The position numbers were made by a program, and so were the translations under genes. A DNA stretch of 63,940 nucleotides, filler included, from Octopus bimaculoides (taxonomy: Eukaryota): assembly GCF_001194135.2 (NCBI RefSeq). It is 5 parts of 5 records of this genome, joined end to end, with 100 filler letters (N's around TTAATTAATTAA, not from the genome) between each part and the next. Parts side by side here need not be neighbours in the genome. Positions count along the whole stretch, not along the records: positions 1 to 7,789 come from NC_068991.1; positions 7,890 to 22,918 come from NC_068989.1; 3 more parts are not named here. One strand, written 5' to 3'. Under the pieces are notes generated by a model. It ran no database searches and had not been told where the DNA came from. It worked only from the letters and a program-made list of their open reading frames with translations. Each line of letters starts with the position of its first letter. The stretch's first letter is position 1. Positions 1-12,475 of the stretch are shown piece after piece.

Positions 1-672
1 ATATATATATATATATATATATATACACGCATACATATGTGGCGATCATTATATATACATATATATATATATATACACACACACAGAAAATTTACTCTTT
101 CTCTCACTATGTGTATGTATGTTTGTATATGTACAGATATATGTGTATGTATGTATGTATGTATGTATGTATGTATGTATGTATGTATGTATGTATAGGC
201 ACATATTGCTTTCCCAAAACACATATTACGTCAGTTGAATACGATGTGTTTTTCATATATGCTTGATTGTGTGTACACATACCTGTAAATATATACTTAT
301 ATATATGCATGTATGTCTGTGCGTGCGTGTTTGTGTGTGTCTACATACATACACACATGTAAATATATACTTATCACTATTATGACTAGTAGAAAACCGC
401 TAGGGGGCGGTGTTGCTGCTAATATGAACAATGTCGTTATTGTGACAACACAAACGCGCAAAATGAGTCAAAAATAAACCAAGATCCTGAATACCGCTTT
501 CGGCGTCCATCTTTAATATAAAATAGATAAGGATCTAAAGAATACGGCGAGCAACATTGTTAGACATTAATGTAAGAATAATAAAGAATATTTTAATATC
601 AGTCTACACCGAACACTTCTAAGGTATATCATGCAGGGTATTATATGTTATTGTAAAAATTCCTTCATCATA

Positions 673-699
673 TAGGCTTTCTGAGATTCTCTTCATCAG
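673..699 (-). ncRNA. Decayed minimal hammerhead-ribozyme-like core
   Basis: Minus strand reads CTGATGA-A-GAG-AAT-CTC-A-GAAAG-C-CTA: both core boxes, a 3-bp stem II and a CUA triplet, but no stem I pairing. Confidence 0.35.
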
Positions 700-1483
700 A
701 AACTGTACAACAAAAAGAACGCAATCAATTCAAACAAAAAAGTAGTAAATACTCTACTTCGATAAGGGAATACACCAAAATGAATAACAAAAGAAATAAC
801 AGAAAAAAAAAAGAATATTAAATAAAAAAAATATGCAACAGATATATCATTCATTTACGACAATGGAAACAAACGCTGCGTATGTATTATTACAATATGA
901 CCCAAATGTATATTGGTTACAGAATAGACTAATTTTCTTATAAATAACATTAGATAAAACAGAAGACATCATGAGCGCTATTAATCATCAAGCTACACAA
1001 ATATACACATGCGTGTGTGCGTGTATATATATAATANNNNNNNNNNNNNNNNNNNNNNNNNNNNNNNNNNNNNNNNNNNNNNNNNNNNNNNNNNNNNNNN
1101 NNNNNNNNNNNNNNNNNNNNNNNNNNNNNNNNNNNNNNNNNNNNNNNNNNNNNNNNNNNNNNNNNNNNNNNNNNNNNNNNNNNNNNNNNNNNNNNNNATG
1201 TATATATAATATATATATATATATGTTTGTATGTGTATATATATGTATATATATATATGTATGTATGTATATATAATATATATATATGTTTGTATGTGTA
1301 TATATATATACACGCATATATATGTGTATATGTGAGTGTATGTATATATCAAACATATATATACATATAGATATATACAAATATATGCAAGTATTTGTAT
1401 ATATATATATATATAAATATATATGTGTGTGTATATATGCATGTATATATACATTTATATACATATATATGGATATACATATA

Positions 1484-1515
<32 letters not shown>

Positions 1516-1535
1516 CGTACATTAATGTGTGTATG

Positions 1536-1569
<34 letters not shown>

Positions 1570-3282
1570 TGTATTGCAAGATGTAAGGAAACTTGTTTTA
1601 GAACTTCGTCATAATCGTAGAATAGAGATTTTTTTATTAAAAAACACATTTCTTTTCGCAGAACCCACACCGTATTAAGCATAATGCAACCCTGGTAACA
1701 CACGACAGAGCTATAATGATAATATTACAAATGTCCACATTCGTTACAAACCAGAGGCATGATTAGTTATGAATCAACTGAAATATGACCAACGTCTTAT
1801 ATAAGATTTCACATGAAAACATCAAATTTGCCACCCCCACTCCAAAACTAATACTACTACGTTAGTAATTCGAACAAGTCACTGTAGCCCAGCTTTTCCT
1901 AGTCGGATACAGTGATCGGTCGCAAGAGTTGCCGATATAAAAGTGAAAAACAGGTTAATAATTAAATGCAAATGCATTTAGGGTCCATTTTTGTTTAATT
2001 CTATATTCTTATTTTTATTATTCACATACCACATATTCGAAAACCTGCATTTGGAATTAATAAGGGGTTTCTATGAGAAAAGATAACGCCTCAGTAGGGA
2101 ATTGTGCAAAGTTTAGGTTGTACAAATTTTTGTTTGAGACGAAATTTCTAAACCTTCCTCGTGTCACGTAATGGATTTAAGACCGAATCTTTCAAAGACA
2201 GTTTTAGACATTATTCCCTATTGAAGTCGGCTGTCATAGGTTCCAAGCTTGATTGATGCGCTATTTCCTGCAGAAGATTGGTCTGGAACCGAGGCAACTG
2301 AAGAAAGCAAAACCATCAAGGAGATAGGCATGGCAGCTGAAAGCAGCTCAAGACAGTTATGATTGACAAGAGATCGCACGAGCAGCCCTTCTTCTGCACG
2401 AGAAAACTAATTCAGTCCTCGCTTCCACACTTAGGTGATGCGTACAGGTTAAGGAGCGAAACCGTTGTGGTCCTTAGGTGTCCTGCTGACGAAGCGGAAG
2501 TGTTTCAAACATTGCTATGAATTCAAAAGAGCTTACAATATTTCTGAGTAGCTACTTTAGTTTCTGTGTGAATTTGGTAATTTGTTTAAGCTCTTTTTTT
2601 TTTTTTTTTTTGGTAAAAAAACTTAACTAAGTAAAAAAATATTGATAATGAAGATATACAATAATATTTGCTACGTATGTGTTTTCTTTCACATGAAATG
2701 TATTTCGGGAGTTCCCTAAGCTATTTCATCACCTGCAACAAACAAGAAGGTATTCAATGAATTAATTATCTCATGCATTAATGAACAAACCTTGACCGGA
2801 AAATCATTAATTAAAAAAACACAATTACACTTTATTGAATATGCCCAACAACAAAAAAAAGAATAACAACTTTAAAAAAACTCACCTCACATCAATTCAC
2901 CAGAGGCATTGAGAAAACACTACAAGATTCAAAATAACAACTTTTCAAAATGCAATTCCAACATAACAGTGAAATGAACTTGCAATCATTGTGAAAGGCT
3001 TGGAGTATTAATGCCAATATTGACATTTGGAAATTATTATTTGATATCAAAAAAACGTTGAAGCAATACTGCAATAATAATGTTAACAATTAATCATGAA
3101 ATAAATGAGACTGAAGACCCTTATTTTTAATTTTATTCACAATCACACAAACACCGACGCATGTGTTTTGTCAAATTTATAGGCCTTGTGATTTAAGGAG
3201 TGTGTTTAAAGATGCTGGGTATTAGTATTCTATGAGGGTTAAATTAGGTCTCAGGTAACTTCTTTAACAGCAGATATGACTG

Positions 3283-3317
<35 letters not shown>

Positions 3318-3415
3318 NNNNNNNNNNNNNNNNNNNNNNNNNNNNNNNNNNNNNNNNNNNNNNNNNNNNNNNNNNNNNNNNNNNNNNNNNNNNNNNNNNN
3401 NNNNNNNNNNATATA

Positions 3416-3751
3416 TCAACGGAACAGCCTGCTCGTGAAATTAATGTGCAAGTGGCTGAGCACTCCACAGACAAGTGTACCCTTAACGTAGTTCTCGGGG
3501 AGATTCAGCGTGACACAGTGTGACAAGGCTGGCCCTTTGAAATACAGGTACAACAGAAAAAGGAAGAAAGGGTGAGAGAAAGTTGTGGTGAAAGAGTAGA
3601 GCAGGGTTCGCCACGCACCCCCCTGCCGGAGCCTCGTGGAGCTTTGAGAGTTGTTGCTCAATAAACACTCACAACGCCCGGTCTGGGAATCGAAACCGCA
3701 TCTTACGACCGCGAGTCCGCTGCCCTAACGACTGGGCCATTGCGCCTTCAC
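3416..3751 (-). mobile_element. tRNA-derived SINE, family A (resembles octopus tRNA-Arg-derived OR-type SINEs)
   Basis: Minus-strand head GTGAAGGCGCAATGGCCCAGTCGTTAGGGCAGCGGACTCGCGG...GGTTTCGATTCCC with A/B-box-like motifs; body matches copies at 22234-22560 and 41130-41505. Confidence 0.85.
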
Positions 3752-3808
3752 ACACATATGTGTGTGTGTGTGTGTGTGTGTGAGTATTATAAATAAGTAA
3801 CAATGAGT

Positions 3809-3900
3809 TTCATTAGCTTACATCTGTTTCTGCTAAAGGATGTGGTGGATTCTTAGTTGGATACCAGGATAACATCTCACAGCTTCATCAGAGCCTTGAA
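3809..3900 (-). ncRNA. Type I hammerhead ribozyme motif with 54-nt stem II insert
   Basis: Minus strand: TTCAAGGCT-CTGATGA-[AGCTG...TAGCA]-GAAAC-AGAT-GTA|AGCTAATGAA. Stem I GCU/AGC plus UUCA/UGAA; stem II GCUG/UAGC and GAUGU/ACAUC; closing pair is A-A rather than G-C. Confidence 0.65.
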
Positions 3901-4027
3901 TATGAAGCGGATTTTATTCGGAAAGTTATACTTTCAGAACATACAGGCGTCATGAGTCCACCACAGCTTATAGAAGGTTATTATAGCAGGTTCTACACCA
4001 GGTTGTTAGTCTCGCCTATACCTAAGG

Positions 4028-4166
4028 TGTGGTAAGAAACTTGCTTCCCAAACACATGGTTTCGGGTTCAGTCCCACTGCGTGGTACCTTCGGCAAGTGT
4101 TTTCTACTACTGCCTCGGGCCGGCTATAGCAAAACATAGTAGACGGAAACTGAAAGAAGCCCGTCT

Positions 4167-4219
<53 letters not shown>

Positions 4220-4428
4220 ATATTTATGTGTGTGTGAGTCTTTGTGTCTGTGTTTGTACCCCACTGTCACTTGATAACCGATGTTGGTGTGTTTATGTGC
4301 CCCGTAACTTAGCGGTTTGGCAAAAAGCAACCGGTAGAATAAGTACCAGGCTTACAAAGAATAAATTCTTGGGGTCGGTTTGTTCGACTAAAAGGCGGTG
4401 CTCCAGCATGGCTACAGTCAAAATGAAA
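4028..4428 (+). mobile_element. SINE family B (tRNA-like head, central TA/TG microsatellite, tail ...GCTCCAGCATGGC..CAGTC)
   Basis: GGTTCGGGTTCAGTCCCACTGCGTGG B-box-like head; collinear with copies at 43433-43832, 44855-45410 and 49240-49644. Confidence 0.85.
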
Positions 4429-4686
4429 GATTATACGTCCCTTTTACATACTACATCAGAAATCAATAAATCTAAGACAAGGAGCTATGCGTAAAGCAAC
4501 AACCCCTTCTACACACACACACAGTCAGTATGAACAGGGACCTATAAGATCGATAAATATTCTTCGAGTTTCTGCACGGTTCGTTAAAGAAAAATGGTTC
4601 CCGTTACTATACAGAGCTTCTCAATGCAGCGAACCTAGTTATGAAATCACTCACAAACACATGCATACATACGTGTGTTTGTGTGC

Positions 4687-4718
<32 letters not shown>

Positions 4719-5723
4719 ATGGTCTATATGTGTGTGTGTATGCATGTGCGTGAGTATCTGTATGAATGTGTGTATACTGACATATCGACATATATGTGTG
4801 TGCGTGTGCTTATACATCTATACGTATAATTCAATGCTTATACATACATGCAAACACGCACACACATACGCGAGTGCTTACGTACATATATATATATATA
4901 TANNNNNNNNNNNNNNNNNNNNNNNNNNNNNNNNNNNNNNNNNNNNNNNNNNNNNNNNNNNNNNNNNNNNNNNNNNNNNNNNNNNNNNNNNNNNNNNNNN
5001 NNNNNNNNNNNNNNNNNNNNNNNNNNNNNNNNNNNNNNNNNNNNNNNNNNNNNNNNNNNNNNNNNNNNNNNNNNNNNNNNNNNNNNNNNNNNNNNNNNNN
5101 NNNNNNNNNNNNNNNNNNNNNNNNNNNNNNNNNNNNNNNNNNNNNNNNNNNNNNNNNNNNNNNNNNNNNNNNNNNNNNNNNNNNNNNNNNNNNNNNNNNN
5201 NNNNNNNNNNNNNNNNNNNNNNNNNNNNNNNNNNNNNNNNNNNNNNNNNNNNNNNNNNNNNNNNNNNNNNNNNNNNNNNNNNNNNNNNNNNNNNNNNNNN
5301 NNNNNNNNNNNNNNNNNNNNNNNNNNNNNNNNNNNNNNNNNNNNNNNNNNNNNNNNNNNNNNNNNNNNNNNNNNNNNNNNNNNNNNNNNNNNNNNNNNNN
5401 NNNNNNNNNNNNNNNNNNNNNNNNNNNNNNNNNNNNNNNNNNNNNNNNNNNNNNNNNNNNNNNNNNNNNNNNNNNNNNNNNNNNNNNNNNNNNNNNNNNN
5501 NNNNNNNNNNNNNNNNNNNNNNNNNNNNNNNNNNNNNNNNNNNNNNNNNNNNNNNNNNNNNNNNNNNNNNNNNNNNNNNNNNNNNNNNNNNNNNNNNNNN
5601 NNNNNNNNNNNNNNNNNNNNNNNNNNNNNNNNNNNNNNNNNNNNNNNNNNNNNNNNNNNNNNNNNNNNNNNNNNNNNNNNNNNNNNNNNNNNNNNNNNNN
5701 NNNNNNNNNNNNNNNNNNNNNNN

Positions 5724-5770
<47 letters not shown>

Positions 5771-5844
5771 TGCATGTATGTATGTATGTATGTATGTATA
5801 TATGCAGTAATAGTACCTTAAAGTAAAGACTATTTGCCAACGTA

Positions 5845-6212
5845 GCAGTCCTGGATGGGACGATTGTTACTGTTGTTTAGTCCCAGGAAACGTCGTTTCC
5901 AGCTGGCTATACGGCACAGTATCTGTGTCCTTATATTTTCGAACAGGGGAGCTCATCAGCTCCATCCTGCACAAAGCAGCATCTGTGGACCAGTTTCTGG
6001 GTTATTGCCCTTTCTCAGCACACACTGCAGAATTGCCGTTCGAAAATATATAATTTTAAAAGTCACACGCACAGTTACTGATCTAATAAGTAGAAACATT
6101 ATTATTTCTAAATCTCCCAAAGAGAGATATTCAGTAACAGTACTTTACAGTAAAATCTATTTGCTAATATAATGTGGCAGTCCTGGAAGGGCCAAAAGTT
6201 ACTGTTGTTTAG
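5845..6212. repeat. 332-bp unit bounded by a 36-bp direct repeat (partial tandem of a repeat element)
   Basis: GCAGTCCTGGATGGGACGATTGTTACTGTTGTTTAG (5845-5880) vs GCAGTCCTGGAAGGGCCAAAAGTTACTGTTGTTTAG (6177-6212), 31/36 identical. Confidence 0.6.
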
Positions 6213-6369
6213 ATAGATAGATAGATAGATAGAAACATACATACATGCATGCATACATACATACATACATACATATATACATACATACATTTATGTGTGT
6301 GTAAATAATAAATATATACATATATTTATATATATATATATATACATACATTTATATATTGATATACAG

Positions 6370-6407
<38 letters not shown>

Positions 6408-6544
6408 CATGTATGTATGTATGTAAATGTATGTATGTATGTGCGTATGCATGTGTGTGGGTGTCTGTGCATGTATATATGTTATATATGCATATATATA
6501 ACTAATGGAGAGTATAATTATGTGTATTCGTTTGTATCTATATT

Positions 6545-6598
<54 letters not shown>

Positions 6599-7833
6599 CT
6601 AATGCATATCTGCATCGATACATTTGTATGCCCGTCTATAATGATATGTTGCGCTTATAAAGCGTTGTTGCAATCATATTTACATATGATATATATAATT
6701 TACACAGAAGATGTGCCTAAAATTCGCATCGTATGCGAAATAAATAAACCAGCATTCGATAGATGTAAACAAGTTCATTAGCCTACGTTCAACGTCAAGA
6801 TTTTTGTCTAGAATGTTCTACTTTAATACTACCTGTCTAATTTTTCTGGTGCACTCTACGTCTTAGCTGCCATAAACTTTGACACTTTTCTTGGAATTCT
6901 TCTACTCTAAAAATGCATTTCCATTAAGCTAAAGCTATATACTTATGCTTGTTCGGAAATCGATTTCTTTAGCTAATTCGCTTAACGAATCATCGCATAC
7001 TCTCAGTTCTCGCAAAATTACACTCTATTATTAGAAACCGTAGAAACACATTATTTCATCAATTTTGATATATTAACACTTACACGGCGGCTGTTTTTGA
7101 GGAAATTATGACAAATTTCGTTCGCAAATTCTAGTTATGAGCGTTATTTTTGTTATGTGAAATATATGTGAATGCCGCTAAATGTGTATGTATGTTTATG
7201 TGTTTGTATTGGGATATTTATTTTTGTATGCGCACACTTTATATGTACGTGCATATGTGTGTGTGAGGGTTGGGTGAATGCGGATATCGATCTTCTTATT
7301 ACGTATTTATCAATTCAAATATATATACGCAAATATTTGTATACATATACATACTTGTATGTATTTATGTGCATGTATATGTTAGAAATATATAGATAGA
7401 TATATATCTACGTACATATAGGTAGATAGATATCTTTTTATTATAGCCAAACAGGGCTAAATACAGAAAATGGACAAATTACAAAGTAGGGCTTTTGGGG
7501 GGGGGGATAATTTGGATCAAAAGGGATCGCGGGAAGAAAAAAAAACGTGGGAGGGGGCGATCAATAGGGATCGTGTATCACAGTCGATGTAAAAAACGGG
7601 GAACAGATTAGGTTTATCCGTGGAGAGAAAAGCCTACGGAAAAGACCACGGTCACCTCAGGCTTTTTTTTTTAAAGGTACATGAAAGTAAGTACCTTCTC
7701 TCTTTTTGTCTCTTTTTGTTACAAGTCTATGCTTAAAATGGTGTCGTCTTTCATTCTTACCATTCTTGCCACATTTACCCATTTTTTATNNNNNNNNNNN
7801 NNNNNNNNNNNNNNNNNNNNNNNNNNNNNNNNN

Positions 7834-7845
7834 TTAATTAATTAA
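7834..7845. other. Assembly gap linker TTAATTAATTAA flanked by Ns (also 22963-22974, 53941-53952, 62700-62711)
   Basis: Identical 12-mer with stops in all six frames, always embedded between N runs. Confidence 0.9.
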
Positions 7846-7889
7846 NNNNNNNNNNNNNNNNNNNNNNNNNNNNNNNNNNNNNNNNNNNN

Positions 7890-8300
7890 GCATAGAGGAG
7901 CTCCCAGGGGCAACCTGTCTTGAACTCCTCTGTGATTGCCTGGAGGACTATGGTAAATAATAGGGGGCTGAGGACGGAACCTTGGTGGACCCCTACCTCT
8001 ACCCGGAATTCATTGCTGTACTCATTTCCAACCCTCACCTTACTGGCAGCATCTCTGTACATGGCTCGCACAGCTCTCACTAACCATTCTTCTATCCCAA
8101 GTTTCCTCATTGACCACCAGATAAGGGATCGGGGGACCCTGTCAAAGGCTTTCTCCATGTCAACGAAAGCCAGGTACAGAGGTTTATCCTTAGCTAGGTA
8201 TTTCTCTTGCAACTGTCTCACTAGAAATAAGGCATCAGTAGTGCTTTTACCTGGCACGAACCCAAACTGCACGAACCCAAACTGCATCTCATCTAAATTG
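7890..8300 (-). mobile_element. RTE-clade LINE reverse transcriptase fragment
   Basis: Uninterrupted frame QFGFVPGKSTTDA...LAFVDMEKAFDRVPR...GVHQGSVLSPLLF...CPWELLY, ending at a gap just before the YADD motif; 15-bp in-frame tandem duplication (QFGFV x2) at 8254-8283. Confidence 0.93.
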
Positions 8301-8615
8301 ATGTGTGTTTGAAACAATTGCAAAGCACTTGATATTATTAATGCTGAGAAGAAAAAAACATGGAAATGTTACTGGAAGAGGTTACTGAATGTGATGAATC
8401 TAGTAGATCCAATAGTGAAACCAGGGCCGTCGCTAAACCCCGGCAACCCCTGTGGTCACAGGGGGCCTCCACGGTTGAGAGGCCCATGTTACCAGACTTC
8501 AAAAAATAAGTACTGGGCTCAATTCATTCGATTACAAATTTATTCAAGGTAGTACCTCAGCATGGAGGCAGTCTAATGACTGAAAAAGTTATATATATAT
8601 ATATATATATATATA

Positions 8616-8818
8616 CAGGGTGCAGCAGAAGTAGTGCCTTTTTTGCATTTAATAACTTTTATAGTATATAAATGTTTATTAAGTAATTTTTTTATTGAAC
8701 ACAAATTTATTGCATTGCTTAAAGAAATGAATAATAAACTAATGAGAAAAATTGCAAAGGTTTTAGGAAATAAAAAAGAAATTCAATTAGAAAAGGATGT
8801 TACTTCTGCCACACTCTG
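8616..8818. mobile_element. 203-bp Tc1/mariner-type MITE inserted in (TA)n
   Basis: TIRs CAGGGTGCAGCAGAAGTA / CAGAGTGTGGCAGAAGTA (15/18), TA on both flanks, no coding capacity. Confidence 0.75.
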
Positions 8819-8891
8819 TATATATATATCATAGTATTGACAAGGCCATTAGATACTATTACACACCATTGGTCACAATGTACTTCCAATT

Positions 8892-9107
8892 CTAAGGCGG
8901 TGAACTGGCAGAAACGTTAGCACACCAGGCAACATGCTTAGTAGTATGTCGTCTGTCTTTATGTTCTGAGTTCAAATTCTGCCAAGGTTGACTTTGCCTT
9001 TCATCCTTTCGGGGTTGATAAATAAAATACTAGTTGTATACTGGAGTCAAGCTAATCGACTGGCCCCGCTACCCAAAAATTTTGGGCCTTGTGCCTAGAT
9101 TAGAAAA
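8892..9107 (+). mobile_element. SINE family C with TSD (central domain resembles Meta/MESC type)
   Basis: Head AAGGCGGTGAACTGGCAGAA...GAGTTCAAATTC; central GCCTTTCATCCTTTCGGGGTTGATAAA; flanking repeat CAATG(T/C)ACTTCCAATT at 8876-8891 and 9108-9123. The Meta/MESC label is from memory of the consensus. Confidence 0.8.
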
Positions 9108-9518
9108 CAATGCACTTCCAATTTTGTCTTGATTGCACAATTCTTTTCTATCTTGACCCAAATTTCTTGGCCAAATCAACTTCCCATCATTGTGGAGGCC
9201 TTCCAAATAGCTTTTTCCAACCTCAAGGACACCACTCAGCATTTGTATGGGGCCTCCAGTTTTCTTGACCCTTGTAACATGCCTGGCCCAGCAGAACTTA
9301 TGTTTTCAATACTCTGCGATCATACTGTTCACTCCACTCCATTCTCAAATTACATGTGTGTGTGTGTGCGTGAGCATGTGTGTGCTTACATGTGTATAAC
9401 ACACACACACATAACACATACATACATACACACATACACACACACACATATATATGCGGATATTCTTGCACACCCACATGTGCACATGCATATATGAATG
9501 ATTTAAAATGTGTGTATA

Positions 9519-9565
<47 letters not shown>

Positions 9566-9964
9566 NNNNNNNNNNNNNNNNNNNNNNNNNNNNNNNNNNN
9601 NNNNNNNNNNNNNNNNNNNNNNNNNNNNNNNNNNNNNNNNNNNNNNNNNNNNNNNNNNNNNNNNNNNNNNNNNNNNNNNNNNNNNNNNNNNNNNNNNNNN
9701 NNNNNNNNNNNNNNNNNNNNNNNNNNNNNNNNNNNNNNNNNNNNNNNNNNNNNNNNNNNNNNNNNNNNNNNNNNNNNNNNNNNNNNNNNNNNNNNNNNNN
9801 NNNNNNNNNNNNNNNNNNNNNNNNNNNNNNNNNNNNNNNNNNNNNNNNNNNNNNNNNNNNNNNNNNNNNNNNNNNNNNNNNNNNNNNNNNNNNNNNNNNN
9901 NNNNNNNNNNNNNNNNNNNNNNNNNNNNNNNNNNNNNNNNNNNNNNNNNNNNNNNNNNNNNNNN

Positions 9965-10045
<81 letters not shown>

Positions 10046-10754
10046 TGCATATATATGTTTTTGGGGGCTAATACAGTAGGTATCAGTTGAAGGAATCAGT
10101 TGTAGTAATCATGTCTTCTCAGAGGTTTCAATTTTGGTATAGTTCCTATGACTGGATGCCCTACCTAACACCAATCACTTTACAAAGTATTCTGAGTATG
10201 TTCTTCATGGCACCAGCACCAGAGATCCTGTTGAGTTGCATAAAATTAGTTCATAGTTTATTTTAGAAAAGGGGGCCAGTATTTTACAGCAGAGAGTGAA
10301 AATGGGTTATTTTGATGTTCATGCATCCTTTGATGACCCAAATAAAGTGAATTTACACCTAAGCCATAGAAACTATGCCAAAATAGACATTGGTGCATGA
10401 GATGATTCTTCAACTCATCAGGCACTGTCCAAATCATGCCAGCATTGTGGTTGGACATTAAATGATGATGATGAGGATGATGGGGAGACAGGGAAGACAG
10501 TCATAGCAGAGACAGTGGTGGAGGCAGATGAGGTGAAGGAGATGGGGGGGATGACAATGATGTTCTATGCTGGTGTCTTTAAATTGGCAAAGAAAAGGCC
10601 ACATATTTACAAGAAGCCCTTCAGTGCATATTTAGTGGTCAGTTTATTAATAACAAAAGGTTGAGTTAGCAAAGCTAACCCTGAGTTCAACTTACAATGA
10701 AAAGAAGTGGAGGTAAATAGTGTAATTTATTCTGGAACTACCACATTGCTTAAT

Positions 10755-11022
10755 ATCAATTTCAAATTTTGGCACTAGGCCAGCAAGTTTGGGGAAGGGG
10801 AAAGTCAATTACAGTGACTCTAGTGTTCAACTGATACTTATTTTATTGCCCCCNNNNNNNNNNNNNNNNNNNNNNNNNNNNNNNNNNNNNNNNNNNNNNN
10901 NAAAAAAAGATGAAAGGCAATATTGACCTCAGCGGAATTTGAACTCAGAATATAAAGATGGATGAAATGGCACAAAGCATTTTGCCAGGCATGCTAACAA
11001 TTCTGCCAGCTCGTATCCTTCA
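10755..11022 (-). mobile_element. SINE family C copy (contains a gap)
   Basis: Reverse complement of the 8892-9107 element (GATGAAAGGC...GAATTTGAACTCAGAA...TTCTGCCAGCTC). Confidence 0.75.
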
Positions 11023-11528
11023 CGTTGCTTAAAGTTAGACTTAAAACTATGGCACAAAGCCAAGGGATGTATAGTTAATGGTACCATCTCTAGTATATGC
11101 CTAATACATATCTATTATTCTTGAAAGGCAATAATCAACCAAGGTTGGATTACAACTTGAAATGGATTAGAGATAATACAAATTACTGTAAAATGTTTTT
11201 GGCTATTTTATTAACATTAAATGGACTAAGTGGATAGTAAATTGGTGTCAGACAAAATGCCTTGTGCTGTTTGGTTATGGCTTGTAATATTCTGTCAACC
11301 TTGGCTTTCATCCAAGTCAACTCTGGCTTTCATCCTATTTGGATTGATAAAATAGAATGCCAGTAAGAATTGGAGCTGATTTGATATATTCTCTACTAAA
11401 ATATGAGGCCTGGAGATAATGCTATTAATTATTTAGTGTGTGAAAATTAGTGAAGTGTAATTGTTCAGTGTGTAAAGAAGAGGGAATAAGTCATCAGAAA
11501 TGGTAGTGAAAAGTTAAATGCTAGCACA

Positions 11529-11686
11529 GGTGCAGGCATGGTTGTGGAGTAAGAGGTTTGTTTCCCAGCCACATAGTCCCACTGCATGGCACCTAGGGCA
11601 AGTGTCTTCTATGATAGCCTTATGCTGACGAAAGCCTTGTGAGTGAATTTGGTAGACAAAAACTGAAAGAAGCCTCTCGTATATAT

Positions 11687-11724
<38 letters not shown>

Positions 11725-11795
11725 CTATATATTTATGTGCATGTGTCTTTGTGTTTGTGTTTGTCCCCACCACCATCACTTGACAACCAATGCTG
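11529..11795 (+). mobile_element. SINE family B, 3'-truncated
   Basis: Head and middle match 4028-4428. Confidence 0.7.
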
Positions 11796-11994
11796 CAAAA
11801 AGTATGTGAATCTGAGAGGGGAATATGTTGAATAAAATTATAACTGATCCTCCTGTATTTTCTTTTACCCAAAGCCAGGAATTTTGCAGCACCTCCTCAT
11901 ATATTTCGTTTTTAAGAGCTTACTCTAAAATAGAAAAAAATATATTTGCATGTTTCACTTAAGGATATTCTGTAACCAACCAAAACTGAATATT

Positions 11995-12475
11995 GAGGAC
12001 AGCTGTGTAAAGAAGTGCCAATCACTAACGGTGGAGGGAATCTATGGAAGTAGACCCAGGAAGACACGAGATGAGGTGATGAAATATGAACTTCAGTTGT
12101 TGAGTTTCACAAAGGCATTGACAAGTGACCAAGGCTTCTGGTGATTTGCTGTCCCTGAGAAGATATGTTAAGCTAAGCGAATCACAGTCAATGCCTGTAC
12201 CAGTGGCACATAAGAGGCACCAGTGCTGGTAATATATAGAAAGTACCTGTGCCAGTGACCAGTAAAAGGTACCCATGACAGTGTTATGTAAAAAAAACAC
12301 TCAGTACACTCTGTAATGAGGTTGGTGTTAGGAAGGACATCCAACCATAGAAACCAAGTCAAAATAGACTGGAGCTTGACGCAGCTGTTTGGCTTACCAT
12401 CTCTACTCAAACCATCTAACCTATGCAAGCATGGAAAATTAATGCTAAGTGATGATGATGATGATGATGATATTA
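11995..12475 (+). mobile_element. Decayed RTE LINE 3' end plus 3' UTR with (GAT)n tail
   Basis: DSCVKKCQSLTVEGIYGSRPRKTRDEVMK matches the RTE C-terminus; tail AGGAAGGACATCC...GCATGGAAA...GATGATGAT. Confidence 0.75.

Noticed and set aside
483-520. Minus-strand TTAAAGA-TGGACGCC-GAAAGCGGTA-TTCAGGATC as an HHR
   Set aside because: Needs several substitutions in the core and stem III; too decayed to support.
2100-2530. GC-richer stretch with ALLLHEK and CTGACGA...CAAAC
   Set aside because: Neither a transposase frame nor HHR stems could be reconstructed.
3690-3751. tRNA-like sequences at SINE heads as tRNA genes
   Set aside because: They run into SINE bodies with tails and TSDs and lack a complete acceptor stem.
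10401-10663. Stop-free acidic frame DDDEDDGETGKTVIAETVVEADEVKE
   Set aside because: Begins within an RTE (GAT)n tail; no splice signals or recognisable homology.
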